A stretch of DNA of 57,946 nucleotides. Origin: Psammoneis japonica (Eukaryota). The stretch spans positions 1 through 57,946 of the forward strand of contig QPGO01000318.1 in assembly GCA_008632985.1 (NCBI GenBank), written 5' to 3'. A model generated the notes under the pieces. It searched no databases and had not been told where the DNA came from. It saw nothing but the letters and a program-made list of their open reading frames with translations. Positions 1-12,868 of this stretch are shown piece after piece; the first letter of the stretch is position 1, and the number at the start of each line of letters is the position of its first letter. A program made the translations under genes and the position numbers.

Positions 1-886
1 TTCTGTCCTCCAAATATTAAGATGTACCTAGTACCGTTGAAACTGTTCACCCCATGGACAAGGTCCCGTCCGTGAAACACAGCAGAGCCAGGCTCTGTGT
101 CGACGGTGGTGGATCCGTCACCATTGAGGTAAATCAGGTTGCCTCCTTCTAATCCATCGTCGTTCAGCCAGACATGCATGACGGCCATGCTTCCATCATG
201 ATGATACTCAATGTGTGTGTTGCCTTCCATGTAATTGCGACGGAGAATGATGCTGGCAATTGGGGACAGCTTCATATGCCTGGAAAGCATCATACATGCG
301 ACGGATGCTCTCTACAGATATCAACTCTGCCAACTTGGAAGCACTGACATGGAGCCTAAACTCTTCATGGAGCTTGTTCGAGACGGTTGGACTCATCGTG
401 TCATCGAGGAGTGCATTCTCGAAGGCTTGTTCGGTGAAGTTGCGCAGGACGACACGTTCCTGTAAGGATACGACATTTTCTTGCCTGCCAAACGTCGCGT
501 CAAAGTTGCCATTCAATGAGTCAATGGCCCTCGAAGACGCTCTCAGGAGAGTGTAAGACCTCAAGTTCACCGGGAATGAACGAATAGAATGTGACCGAAA
601 TGGGCTTGACGTTCTTACAACTGAAGACTGGAAAATGGCCTGTGGCGCAGCCATCATTCGGAAAATCGGGGTCAAGGCAGTAGCCCTTGGCTCTATCAAC
701 CGAGACCAACTTCTTCTTATAGCCTGTGCCGCCTTTATGGGTAACTTCATGACACCAGAGTACGTAGCCAAAGCAACCTGGACAGATCTGTTCAATGTTC
801 TGGCAATCCTCATTACCAGCTGCTTCCACCGGCGCCACTGAGCAGTAGAGAAGGGTCAGTAGGAAAGTTGTCAACTTGAGCAACAT
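1..886 (-). CDS. Secreted 2OG-Fe(II) dioxygenase (prolyl-4-hydroxylase-like), 3' end runs off the window, two apparent frameshifts (~525, ~265)
   Basis: Signal peptide MLLKLTTFLLTLLYCSVAPVEA from ATG 886. Manual translation of 240->1 (absent from the ORF track) gives RNYMEGNTHIEYHHDGSMAVMHVWLNDDGLEGGNLIYLNGDGSTTVDTEPGSAVFHGRDLVHGVNSFNGTRYILIF, with HxD, LN..EGG.L, distal H and R motifs. Confidence 0.75.
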
Positions 887-1114
887 TCTACCGTATCGCG
901 ACGTCCTAATAAAATACACTATGAAGCGAGCCTTGTGTGTGTTTGTAGCGTTCTTCTCTTCCGTACCGGCACCGGTGTCGTAATATAAAGGAACCGTCAA
1001 CCCAAGAAGATGCCGTAGGGCCCTCTTAAGGTAGAGTAGATGAGGCAAAAGAAATCTTTGTAATCTGATCCGCTTGACCGTGCCGAGGGAATGATCTACC
1101 CCGCCCAGAAGCGA

Positions 1115-1520
1115 AGCAAGATTCCTTTTTCACATGACTTGAGGGGTTTGCGTGGAAAGGCAAGATTCCTTTTTGGCACGACTCGAGGGATCGAAAGGAG
1201 TCTTTTTTTGATCAAGATTCCTTTTTGTACAACGACGAAATCTGGTTTTAACATTGAAGATTCCCTTTTTCGACGTAGATCTGACGTAAACAATATACTA
1301 GAAGAGGAACATTTCGTCAATTTCGAGTCGATTTCGTGGCACCGGAGGAATCTTTCGTACGAAATTGCCTCCATTTCCCACGCAAATGGGAATCTTTCGT
1401 ACGAAATTGCCTCCTTTTCTACGCAAATAGGAATCTTAATTACGCAGATGCCGTAACAAACAAAAACGGATGCATCCTTTTTTCCTGGGCCTTATCACAC
1501 AGTCGAGATTCCTTTTCTGA
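1115..1520. repeat. Array of short GATTCCTTTT / GGAATCTTT motifs in both orientations plus a ~42-bp tandem repeat
   Basis: GATTCC(C/T)TTTT near 1120, 1164, 1215, 1259 and 1507. The unit GGAATCTTTCGTACGAAATTGCCTCC...CGCAAAT occurs at 1347 and 1389, with a partial third copy at 1430. Confidence 0.7.
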
Positions 1521-1528
1521 CGATGGTC

Positions 1529-1601
1529 GACACCCGAGAAAGCGACAGTCGTCTTTGCTTGTGCTCTAACCTGCCTTTCAGTTTTCCTTACACCACTACA
1601 G
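1529..1601 (+). repeat. 73-bp dispersed repeat, copy 1
   Basis: GACACCCGAGAAAGCGACAG...CCACTACAG matches 13766-13838 with 2 mismatches. Confidence 0.9.
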
Positions 1602-2318
1602 TCGTTTCATTGGACGTACAGTGCAAAAGCCGTGCAGCTCTCGTGTCTATCTATTTGTGCGGTTGTCGTTGTTTCGCTAAGTGTTGATCTGATCTCAAAG
1701 AATGCAGACCTTTCTTACTGAAACGGCAGTTTCGGTCAGGTCGATTTTTTGGGTTTTGGCATTATGGCGGCGCCGTGCGGTGAATTCTGTTTACGATTGA
1801 CAGCAACACGAGACAATTCAGACCAAATCGAGTCTCCTATCTCATCTACGAATCTGTGCCATGCACATCTTCTCTTCAAGATGACTCTTTTGCGTTGATT
1901 TGCTTGCGTACTACGATACCGCGACTGACGAGACGATACCACGACTGATACGAGACGATGCCACGATGACGATAGCCCGACAAGAAAACGATGGATCAAA
2001 ATGACAGTCAAACAAAAGAAAAATCCGACACTGGTACTTGCGTCGTCTTCCTTCAACAGAGGTGGATGTTTCTATTTCGTGTTCGTAATCGATTCGCTAT
2101 ACATCACCCGATTCGTCGCTTGCCAAGATTTTAACTGGACTGTGACCACGTCTTTTGAGAGAATCAAACGAAAATTCCTGTATTCTTGATTCATCCATCG
2201 AGTTGTTGCAGCGGCCACAAGAACTATTTTTCTGCCAACAAATGCAGGGGGGTTCACACGCTATCCAACGAATCAAGGCAAATACCAACACTACTATGAT
2301 ATGGCGGTTGCTGGATAG

Positions 2319-4147
2319 GTGGATGCTATTTTAAACGGTCTAGCCGAACTCGTAGCGGCTTACGAGAACCAGGGCACTGGCATTACTCGAGACGGCGGCA
2401 CAACAACAACAATAACAACCATCAAAAGAAGAACATACCTGGCATTGAATGCCTTGTTGAAATTCATCAATGGTCTCTGCCAAAAGAATATACAGTCTCG
2501 AGAGTTGGAGGCAGATGTACGGTATAAATAGCGGATCTCACGACGGCTTGTCGGTTGGTCATTCAATTTGCAGGCAAGCAAATGAAACTTCTCCCGATGC
2601 GTGATTGGGACTTGATGGACTTTGGTCGTTCCAAGACCAATACAACTGCAAACTTGCCATATATCTAGACGGAAACGATACAAATCAAAGAGCATTGACA
2701 CGATTGACGGAAAGTTGCCGCGAGGCCAGTGCCGTTTTGTTTGATGTCATGTCGGTCGTGTGGATGCGAATCCGTGATTCCAAGGGAATGCAATGGCAAA
2801 CACGGATTGTACGCCTTGCATATTTTACGGAATTTGATTCTGCACGGACCGCTTGCGGCCGTGGCGGAAGCGACGGATGGTCTTGATAAGATTCGTGCGT
2901 TAAAGTCACACAGTGATAGTTTGAGATCAAAACAAGCACAGCAAGTCCGAGAGGCTGTGACGCAAGTGTATTCGCTCTTGGTCGATCGAGCCATGCTTTT
3001 TTGGGCAAGACGGGTTTGTGCCAATGCACGGCGTGTCATGAAGAATCCGCCACAAGGGAGTGTGAGTGTGTTGAATATTGAGTATTTTGGATATTGTGTG
3101 TATTCGAATATTAAGTTTGTGGCTCACGCATTTTTGCATTACTATCTACTCCGTGTTGGTTACTACTGTTCGTGTATACAGCTCAAGAGAGATTCGAGGT
3201 TGCGTGTGAATATTCCATTCCAGAATATCCACGCAGCCATGGCGCCGACAGGACATCGACCCTCAGCTGCACCGTATCCACCACCTCAGCCTGCAAGGCA
3301 CCCGGGTCATGCTCAGGGTCGTGGACATCCGCAGCAGCAACGTCCACCGGCTGTTGCCAATCCGGTTGTGGACTTGTTGGGTATTGCGGCTCCTGCCGAA
3401 CCTGGCAAGACGGTCGCTCAAGTGCAACAACAGTCCAACAATGTCTTGGGCATGTTTGATTCCATGTCGGTATCTGGATCGTCCGCCACGTCTACACCAC
3501 CGCCGGCGTTTGCTCAGCAGCCAACGATTGCTCAATTGCCACCACCAACTAGTAGCAGACCTGCGGCATCGGCTCCGCCTGCCTTTGCTCAGCCACCGGC
3601 AGAATCGAGAGCTCCGACTACTAGTGCAGCCGCGCCTCCGAATCAACCAAGGTATACACAACAACAGCCACCGGGCGCGGGACCAGTGAGGCCAGTAGGA
3701 TATTCTCAGCAGCAGCAGCAGCCAGCACAACCTAGTAGATCGCCTGCTCCTCCTCAACCAACGTTTGCGCAGATTCCACCAAAGACTCTACAACCCATGG
3801 TGGCGGTGCAGCAGGCTCCTCCGCCATCAGCGTATGCATCTTCGGCTCCGCGTCAGCAGCCCCCCGCCTACAATCCTCAGCAGGCGGGTCCACCACAGTA
3901 CAATCCGCAAGGAGGACAAGCATCAGCTCCGCCAGCCTTTGCCGGACAACCGCAGTATCCGCCGCCGCCGCAACAGGCCTATGTACAAACACCGCAACAG
4001 CCTGGGTTTGGAGCAGCACCTCCACCACAATTACTTCCGGGACAGCAACCTCCGGCCACGACAAATTTGTTTGCGGCGGCTCCTCCGGCAACAGCGGCGC
4101 CGAAACAATCCAAATTTGATCCTTTGAGAAAAGATCCGTTTGCGTAA
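2319..4147 (+). CDS. Epsin-like ENTH-domain protein with Pro/Gln-rich tail; 5' structure uncertain, frameshift at ~2800
   Basis: DVMSVVWMRIRDSKGMQWQ followed by HGLYALHILRNLILHGP...VREAVTQVYSLLVD matches the ENTH helices. The low-complexity tail ends in a DPF motif (KDPFA). Confidence 0.65.
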
Positions 4148-6200
4148 CTAGATGATATGATAATAATATGGGAATTGATATGTTCTTTCGGACGATACTA
4201 GTTGCTTTTTTAATGAGTGTATTAGTTAGTCCCTCTCGTTTCCCGCTGTACCGAAGGTAAACCGAGCTGATGTAGTTGGACCGACGCTGAGCCTATGAAC
4301 CTATTCGATACTATGGAAGATTGCTGCTGTACTTTCTAGAGATTTCGTACAGAATAATGAGCTACACTATTGCTGTCTTTACTAGATACTACCTAATGTA
4401 AAATGCACTCCGCCTCGGTCTCCTTGTTGATGGAATCTAGTTGCCGTCCGCCAAGAAGAGGGCGAAGTCTGCAGATCCGTCATGGGTGCCGTCTGCGACG
4501 TCTTCCGCATCATCATCATCTTTCACGGTACAAAATCAAAAATGGAAGACGCTAAGCTTCCTTGTCCATGGCGACGATTCGGCTGTACTCTTCCCGTGTT
4601 AAGCCTCGATGGGTTTTGACACACACAACTTGGTGCAGCTGAAATCAGGCAGTGTTTTTGGCCATGGTGGGGCTGCTGTGCTTTTCACTTTTTTGGAGTG
4701 TGTGCTTTGAGTTTTCTCATTCTGTTGCATTGACACCAAGAAAGCACTGAGTGAGCACACAGCAAGAGATTTTGACATGAAAAGTTGGATTTTCAGTCAA
4801 GGCGACCCCCAACATGGTGAAGCACGGAGGGTCATTCTTTTCCCAGATTTGCGACACTCTGCATCCTGTCCAACTTGTGCACATCATGTCAGTGGGTCAA
4901 TGAATGTTTTGCATGCAACAAGAAGCACAGAGACATGTTGTTGGTGGTGTGTGCAGTCTCCAATGTGTGATGGACTCCCCCCTCCGTTGTCATGATGAGC
5001 GAGGTCTTGTTGTGTTCAGCATGCAGAGTCTGGCGCCATTTGTGCACACTCAGAAAATGTGCTGGGGATCAGAATTTTGGAAGCATGAAGCCCCTTTGCT
5101 CAAGTCTTGTTTGATTGCTCAGCCATTGCTCTGTGAAATGTGAAAATGACAAAAATGCAGCACAGCTGCAAGAGCTCCAATGTGACACACGAAAATCCTT
5201 CTTGGCATGTGTTGTTGAGCACAGAAAAACAATGCTGTTTGTTGCAAAACATCATTGTTGTTGTCTGCAATGGCCATGAACACCTCATTTTTGTGGCTCT
5301 GGTTTTGTGCCAAAGCCTGTGCGGCACACTCTCCATGATGGCACTGTGCACATTTGTGCTGAAGAGTCAGCACCAATTTCACGCACATGATGTGCACGCA
5401 CCTGCAGTTGTGCCTGGAGTTGCAACACACACCCTCTCTCTAATGTTTGCTGAGCAGCCGTCAGCACCCCAGTTGCACAATGTTGTCACAAGGAGCAGAC
5501 TGAGTTGCGCTGATGACAGTCAGTGGGCCTGTGCTGTGCAGTGGTTTTGCATCAGCACCCACCATTTCAGACTCGAAATGTGTGTTTGAAGAACTGCCCA
5601 GTGATGCTGCATGTTTGCAAGATGGCTTGTGCATGTCATGTTTCAGCAATCACTCAAAGCTGTGGTGCATGTTTGAGAAATTTCCCAAACAATGAGAGCC
5701 CCATTTGCTCAAACATGCCATGTTTGAGCAAAAGGTGGCATTTCAACAAAGTGCAACTCAAATGGCATCCTGCACAATGGCCACAATGGCCACAATGGTG
5801 GCACATTGTTTTGGATTTTTGTCATGCAAATTTGTGTGGTTTTGGTTTTAACAAAATGCCCACATGGTGCTGCATGTTCATTGCATCGCAATTTGGGAGA
5901 TCTTTTGCTGTGTGCATGCTGTTGTCACACTGGTGCCAAGACAGGCCTTGCTTCTAACTGCTGACCATGCAGGCCACCCACCTGCTGTGACCCTGGGCTG
6001 CCCTCTCGTGCAAAATTCCATGCTGATGCAGTGCAAAAAAAAAACTGATGTGTGGCACAAGCTCTTGACCAACATGCACACACATGATGTCTTTTGACAC
6101 GACCCCCCACAAAAACACCGGAGTGAACCCCAAAGATCAAGCTCAGCCATCAATTGCTCACTCCATCATGCTCTCTCTCTTTCCTTGCCATGCACTGTCT

Positions 6201-6608
6201 GATGCATTCCAGCTCCAGGTGGGACCTTGCACTGCCGCACTGTGACATGAGAGCTTTTTGGATTGTGCCACATGTTGTGTGCACACATTTCTGCATGCAA
6301 TCTTCTGCAAAATTCCTTCACATGCACCCCTGCTTTGCAAAGCCAAAGGCTTTCTTTTTTTCTCAACAGCAAAAACAAAAACAGGCTGGGTGCATTCTTT
6401 GACATCTGGAGAGCCCACCCAGGCAAACTGGAAATGATGAACTTCAAGTGTGGAGGAGGAGATGACTTTGCTGCCCAATTTTTGCCTCAATATCTGTTGG
6501 CAATTGTTCAGGTGTTTGTTGCTTGCTTGACAATTTTGCTGCAGAGCTCGCACACAGAACTCCATGGACCCATGTCACACAGAGCCTTGCCTGGGTCTGG
6601 AACATGTT
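6201..6608 (+). mobile_element. MITE copy 1 (TpA- and CpG-decayed)
   Basis: Colinear with 38030-38425 and 41132-41518. Ends are GATGCATTCCAG...CTGGAACATGTT, flanked by GTCT/GTCC (4-bp TSD with 1 mismatch). Confidence 0.85.
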
Positions 6609-7087
6609 GTCCTTCACAATGAGTCTCAGATGACTGACTGCCATGACTTCTGCCACATGCTTGCCAACCACCACGGCACAGAAAGCAATGCAACACCCAG
6701 CCAGTGCACATTGTGACAGGCAGAAGTTTCCACCAATGCAAAGGTGGCAACACCTGGGGAGATGTCAAGTGACTCACTTCAGAGCAGAGTGAAATGAAAG
6801 TCAAAGGCTGTGCTGGAACAAGATTTCTTCCCAACCAAGTCAATGGGATTTGCTCTGAGAACTTAGAGGCAAATTGCCAAAGAAAGTGTGACAAGGTTTT
6901 TGAGATTGTGGATCAGCAAGTTTCTCCAACTCTCTGAGGGGTGATGTCTTTGGGTTGCAACATCCAGAATGTGAAACATGCCAAGGAGAAATGTGCTGCA
7001 ACAAAGTCAGAGCTGCAGGGTTGGCACAGGGCACATTTGCCTGCAGCTCCCAAGGCAGCAACAGAAACATTTGAGCACCTTCCTGTG

Positions 7088-7090
<3 letters not shown>

Positions 7091-7137
<47 letters not shown>
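7091..7137 (+). repeat. (TC)n microsatellite
   Basis: Perfect TC run of about 23 units. Confidence 0.95.
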
Positions 7138-7142
<5 letters not shown>

Positions 7143-10100
7143 CTCAAGGCAGCTGAAGGACCAAAGCACATTGGTGCTGTGTGCTGGGGGGGGGNGTGCA
7201 GTGGCTGAAGATGCTCCACAGGGTGGGTCTGCTGCTGCTGGGCATGGCACCAGGCCAACCAAATTTGCAGGCACTCCCATGTCTCACTTGGGTGGAGGGT
7301 GTGACCTTGCTGGTCACACCTCATGAACAAATGACATCATTCTTGGCTGATCAGAAATGCACAGGTGAGCAAGCCAGAGACAAAAATGCGCTGCTGAACA
7401 AGCCAGCAGCAAAAATTCTTGGTTGAGCACAACAAATCTGTTGAGCACAACAAGCATCAGCATGCTCAGCTGAGCACAGCAAAGAACATCACAGGGGGTT
7501 CTTGGAGTCTGCCAACATGCCAGGCGCCACCTGTTGCCACACCCAAGAAAAACAACACAAGAGCAAGAGCAACTCACACAAATGACAACACTGGCATGCC
7601 AAATGGCAGAGACTCTGCAGAGAACAAAAGAAGTGGTTGAGATGCTGTTGTTGTCTTGTTTTGTGTTTTGTGGTGTTGGAAATGGCAAAGCACCGCACAC
7701 AAGTTCTGCCTGCTGTGACAATGACCTCAAGTGGTTGGGCCAGCACACAGAGTTGTTGTTCACTTTGTGCAGGGCTGAAAGGGACAAGCCTGCCAGCTCT
7801 TTTGTGCCATGCAGTGAGAAGCAGCATCATGGCTCCAACTTGCTTGATTGCTCCACAATGTGCAGCTGCTGGTCCTGGCTCATTTCTGTGCTCATTTCAT
7901 GTGAGTTGGAGGACCAGCCACAACTGTGGAAAAACTGGAAGGTGTCTTGACCAAAGTCACCACAGAAAAGAATGAAGTCATTCATCCCAAGCAATGTTTT
8001 CTGTTTGCCTGGAATCTCCTCAATGATCTCCTTCGCAACACCAACATCAAGAAAGAGGCTGCCTGTCTTGATGAGTGCAGAGCACACCTTCTGCAGCATG
8101 AGCACACTGGGGACAAATTCCTCAACAATCAATGAGGTGGATTCTCAACATCAAAGGTCTTTGAAACTTTTTGGCACTCTTTGGTTGGTGCAAAGTGGTG
8201 CCTCTGGCCATGAGAATGGTCTCATGTGAGCTTCAGCAATTTGCACTTTGGTGGGGTCTGTCAGGAAGTGGCTGCCCATGAACTGGAAAGATCCACAACA
8301 AGCCTTGCTCATTGACCCTCATCTTGTTTGAGCCAATGGCGGGACAGAACTTTTCACATCACAAGCAATCCCCCCAAAGTCTCTCCTGCAGTCTGGACTT
8401 CCATTGACACAACACAACAGCTGGGTCACACAGGACAGGTGGCAAACAAATCCACGACAAAATCTCCATCTGGCTTTGCAGCAAAGGGCCCAAAATGAAA
8501 ACAACTGTTCCTTCCTGACAACTTTTTTATCAAATCATGTTGCACTTCATTGTGTTGCTTTTTAGAAAGCTCCACAGAGATTGTTCTGCACCATCCCTTT
8601 AAAGCACTCAACACGCAAAAGTTTTCCCATTTCCTCTTGTGCTGCACATCACCAATGTGCTGTCTGGGAGTCAGCTGTTGCAAATGCCTTTTTAAACCTG
8701 ACTGAGATCTGGCCACTCCACAAATGTGCAGCTGGGTTTGGGATTCTTTTTTGCTGCTTCCACAACAGACTGCAAGCACCACAATGAGCTGCAAGCCACA
8801 ACCTGTGAAAGAAAATGATTGAAACAGCAAATGAAGGAGAACAACACTGAAAACTTTGCTGCTTGACACAAGAAGTGGTGCACTGGTCTGATGCTCAAGA
8901 AAAGATGCTTTGTTCACAAGTTGGTTTTTGACAAGAACACATCAACATCAACATGTCTGTGAGCAGAGCTGTCATGGCCATGATGTGTGAGTTTCTTGTG
9001 AGTGTGCAAAATTGTTTTGCAAGGTTGTGGCATGCTGTGTGTGTGTTCATGTTGTGCCAGCCTCTGTTCTTTTCTTCTTTGTCCTGTGCTGCAGCAATCT
9101 GAGAGAAGCTCATTGGCACCAAATGGAGAGTGGATGATGGTGCAACTCTCAAGAAGCCCCAACCCCACTGCACTGGGCTTGTTTTGAAAGAGCAGCTGGT
9201 TGTGATTTTTTTGTCCAACAGCCCCCACCCATGCTTCTTGCTTTTCTAACTTTCATTTCTCTAAGAACCTGATGGTCTTCTCTTTTTTGGTGAACAACCA
9301 GGTGTCCTCATGTGACGCGGCACACTTGGCTCATTCACAAAGCAGAAGCTTTGAAATTTTGGCAGACTGGCTTGAGGGTGAACTTTGACTCAGATGAAAT
9401 CTGGGTCATTTGTTTGAACTTTGGTGCAGAAAGAAGTGCAACAGTGCTGCTGTGACAAAGGACAAAGATTGCTTCTTTTCACAGCTGACATCCCAGTGTG
9501 CATGCAAGGTGTTGCACTCAGGAAACATGCATTGCAGGAATGAAGTGTGGTGCCAGCACTTGGCTTGTGCTGTTTTTGTGATTTGACAACACGCTGGCAC
9601 TTGGCACAAACAGAAACAGGTGTCAAGGTGGGTTTTTGGCAAACACTCACACCAGCTGCAGCTGCTTGCTTTGCTCTGCCATCTGATTCAAGATCTTCTT
9701 GACCACATGCCACACAGACTCCATCTGGGAGAGAATGGTGCCTGGAAGAAGTTTTTGGCAATGTGCCAAGCATCAAGCAAACCACTGAATTTGTTGGAGA
9801 GCTGAAGAGTGAGCATCAGAGACAACAGCTTGTGAGTCATCAGAGGTGGAGAAACAAGTTGTGCCCCCACAGATGCACCTGCATGCAGGCTTTTTTGTCT
9901 GATGTTTTTGTTGTCATGTGCCACCTTGCCAAATGCACCAACTCTGACACAGAGGCAGAGGAAGTCATCTTCATGAGGACATTTCTGGCAGTGACAACAA
10001 CTTCTTGTCCAGCAGAATTTGCTCATCCCAGAAAGATCTCCAAATTGTCACAGTGGTGCACCCTGCACTTGTGCAGTGCTCAAATGAACATGCAATGCCT

Positions 10101-11464
10101 TCTCCACCTGGGTGAAAAAGATTGTCACTTTCTTTTCCAGAGCAACCTGCTGCCAACACTTTTGCTGATTTCCAAAGCACCTGCCCTCTGACACCTCTGC
10201 TGGATCATGCTGCTTGGGTTGCATGTTGTGTTGCTGGCATTTTCATTTGTAAAAGTCACCAGCAGCTGTCATCACAACATTGTTCATGTGAAACAAATGG
10301 CAAGCATGGCCAATCATTGTGATGTCCATTGCACGCAATTGTTGCACTTGAGAAATTTGAGTGGAAAATGCCCCCAGCACAATGTCCACACTTTCTCCCC
10401 CCTTGCTCTTGCCCCACCCAACATGGGCAAAGCAACACAATTTGTCCTGTTCTTGCTTCTCATCAAGAGGAACTTTGTGAAGGAAAGTCAGTGTGCCGAC
10501 TCTTAGCTGCTCTTTGATCTGGGATTGCACAGGAAAACAATGGCAGCAAAAACATTTGACACTGGTGCAGTGGGCTGGCAGTTGAGCACTTGTGGGGTGA
10601 GCAGCAACGAGCTTTTGTTGCTTGATTTTGATGCTTGTTGGGGGTCGTGCAGGGTGCCCATCCAGGGTCCTTGAGTCAGGGCTGGTTGTTTGAAAAAGAG
10701 ACTTGCTTGCTGAAACTTGCACTTCTGCCAAAAATCAAAACTTTTGTGGGCCCTCAATGTTGGTGCCACATGCCACCAGCAGACCTCATTGGTTTTTGGA
10801 CCATTGCAGATGGGCATCTCAACCCACCCACTCTTTCTGTTTTTCATTTGTTTTGCCTTGTTTTTAAACCCAAAGAAACTCACAAACTTGTTTTCTCCTT
10901 GTCTCACTTGAAAATTTGGGAGAACAACAACTGCTCCAACACTTTAGGGTCAACAACAAGAGCCAATCATGCTTGTCACACAACAAGCCAGCCTTTGTGT
11001 GGGAATTGAAGGATCAGCTGGTGGAACAGGAGACAGCCAAATTGACCCCAAAAGCAGGTGCCATCACTTTTTGTGGCTGCTGTCAAGAAACGGCTGAAAC
11101 CCAGCTGTGCATGGCTGACAGAAAGAGGCCGCACTGGCAATGGCTGCAAGGTGATGAATCCCATGAAAGCCCATGCAGACACCATTGCAAAGGCAATGGG
11201 CAAGTCATCGAATCGTCCAATGTGTCAAGGAGGGGCCCTGCAGTCCACCGGGGTGCTGACATTCTAACACATTGTGCCCAGCCCGGTGCGCTAAAAAAAT
11301 GCACACAATTGATTTGTGCCTCAATTCGTTTTGCAACAGTTTGCTCCTCATCAATTTCTCAAGGTGAAGAGACAAGATCACAACAAATGCCTGCAGTGCC
11401 TTTGCATGCATCTCTGCAGCAATGCAGCCCCAACCTCCACACATCGGGCATCCAACGCAGTCGC

Positions 11465-12868
11465 TCAGGATGGGCTTCCTTCCCAATCCGCCTCACCCAA
11501 ATCATCTTCATCAGCGTCGGCCTGGGCTCTCAGACTCTCATCATCACTTTCAGAGTCTGCGCAGGAGTCTTCATCGCTTCCACCTTCCATGTCACTTCCC
11601 TCATCATCTCCTTCAAAAGCTTCTTGAATGCCGGCAATCTCTTCCTCAAGGGCAGCACGTTGATCCCAAAATGCAGCCACGCGAGTTGTCGCCCACATGG
11701 AGAACACTTCGCAGGTTTTCTCGGGGACCACGCCAGCCCCCGCATCAGATTTTTTTTGTTCATCTGAGAGCCCAACAATTTTCTCAAGGGAATCTTCCTC
11801 TTGTTTCAGCTCAGCCTGCTGTTGCAAAAGTGGCCTGATCGCTTGGACAAAAGGCACAGTCGCCAACTTTGGAAGATCGTTGTTCACCTTGACGTGTGCA
11901 GCTTCGGGACATGCTTTCAACATGTCAATCACGAGCTCTTGGACTGGTCTCCTGTTGCATTGGCGGGCCAGGCAATGAAGTGGCAGTCTGCCCCCTCGTC
12001 GTGCCTTGGCACGGACAGCCTCGGGATTCTCTTGCATGAAAAAGCGGCAAATGCTTGCCCTGTTCTCCGTGCATGTGTCCACACCCATTTCATGGTGAAC
12101 AGGTGAAAGAGACTCACAGGCACAGCACAAAGCAGTCTGTCCCCACATGCCACAATGTTTCAAGCATTCGGGATGCTTCTCAACCATCCATTTCACCAAG
12201 CCTAAGTCACACTCTTCCCATCCCGAAACAACATCTTGCAACATGCCTGGGAAACATTTGTCGAGAGCTGCAGGCAGCAACTCCAAGACTCCACAAACAA
12301 CGGATGCCTCACAATCTCCATTGCCACAGTGTCAAATGAGGCCACATTCAAGTGTTCTGTGGTGGTCTTGAATGATGGTCGGGTGCTCAAAAATCCACAT
12401 GTGGCTCCGAGCAATCCAGGGCATCAAAGCACAATGTCCCGAGGCGATGCATGCCAGAGGGAAGCATTTGGAGCCCCATTTCCACAGCAAGGCATGCGGG
12501 TTGACATGGATCAGAAACTTGATGGCCTCATGAAGAATGGGATTCTGATGAACGCTCTCGCAAACCATGGTCAGCAAAGACCATCCATTTGCATTTTCTT
12601 GAACAGCTCCTCCGAAAATCAATCTGTTTTCTCCATTGCAAACAGCTCTTGCGAGAATCGGTTCATTGGCGACTTCTTGTGCGATGAGATTAAGGATCTG
12701 CTCTCCTGCTCGCTGGATTTCTTCCCGCACGTTGTTGGCTCAGAGCAAGATGAAGATGCGATCAAACAAATGCACGAATTGATTGCGCAGTTCAACTGGC
12801 AAATCTGAGTGACAGACAGGCTCTTGCACGTCTCGCCCTTGCTGTTCTCCGGTGCTTTCATTGGACAC
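11465..12868 (-). pseudogene. Pseudogene of an ankyrin-like (LPLH-repeat) protein with acidic C-terminus
   Basis: Three in-frame ORF pieces are separated by TGA at 12740 and 12332. Motifs GQTALCCAC, RLPLHCLA, EKHPECL and KACPEAA are present. No Tyr occurs in the 273-aa or 132-aa segments. Confidence 0.7.

Noticed and set aside
1347..1440. CRISPR-like repeat
   Set aside because: The units are contiguous tandem copies without unique spacers, the context is eukaryotic, and no cas genes are present.
4777..11000. Dozens of Cys/His-rich ORFs, some resembling zinc fingers (e.g. 9390-9785)
   Set aside because: They are explained by TG/CA enrichment and stop-codon loss, and no recognisable domain was found.
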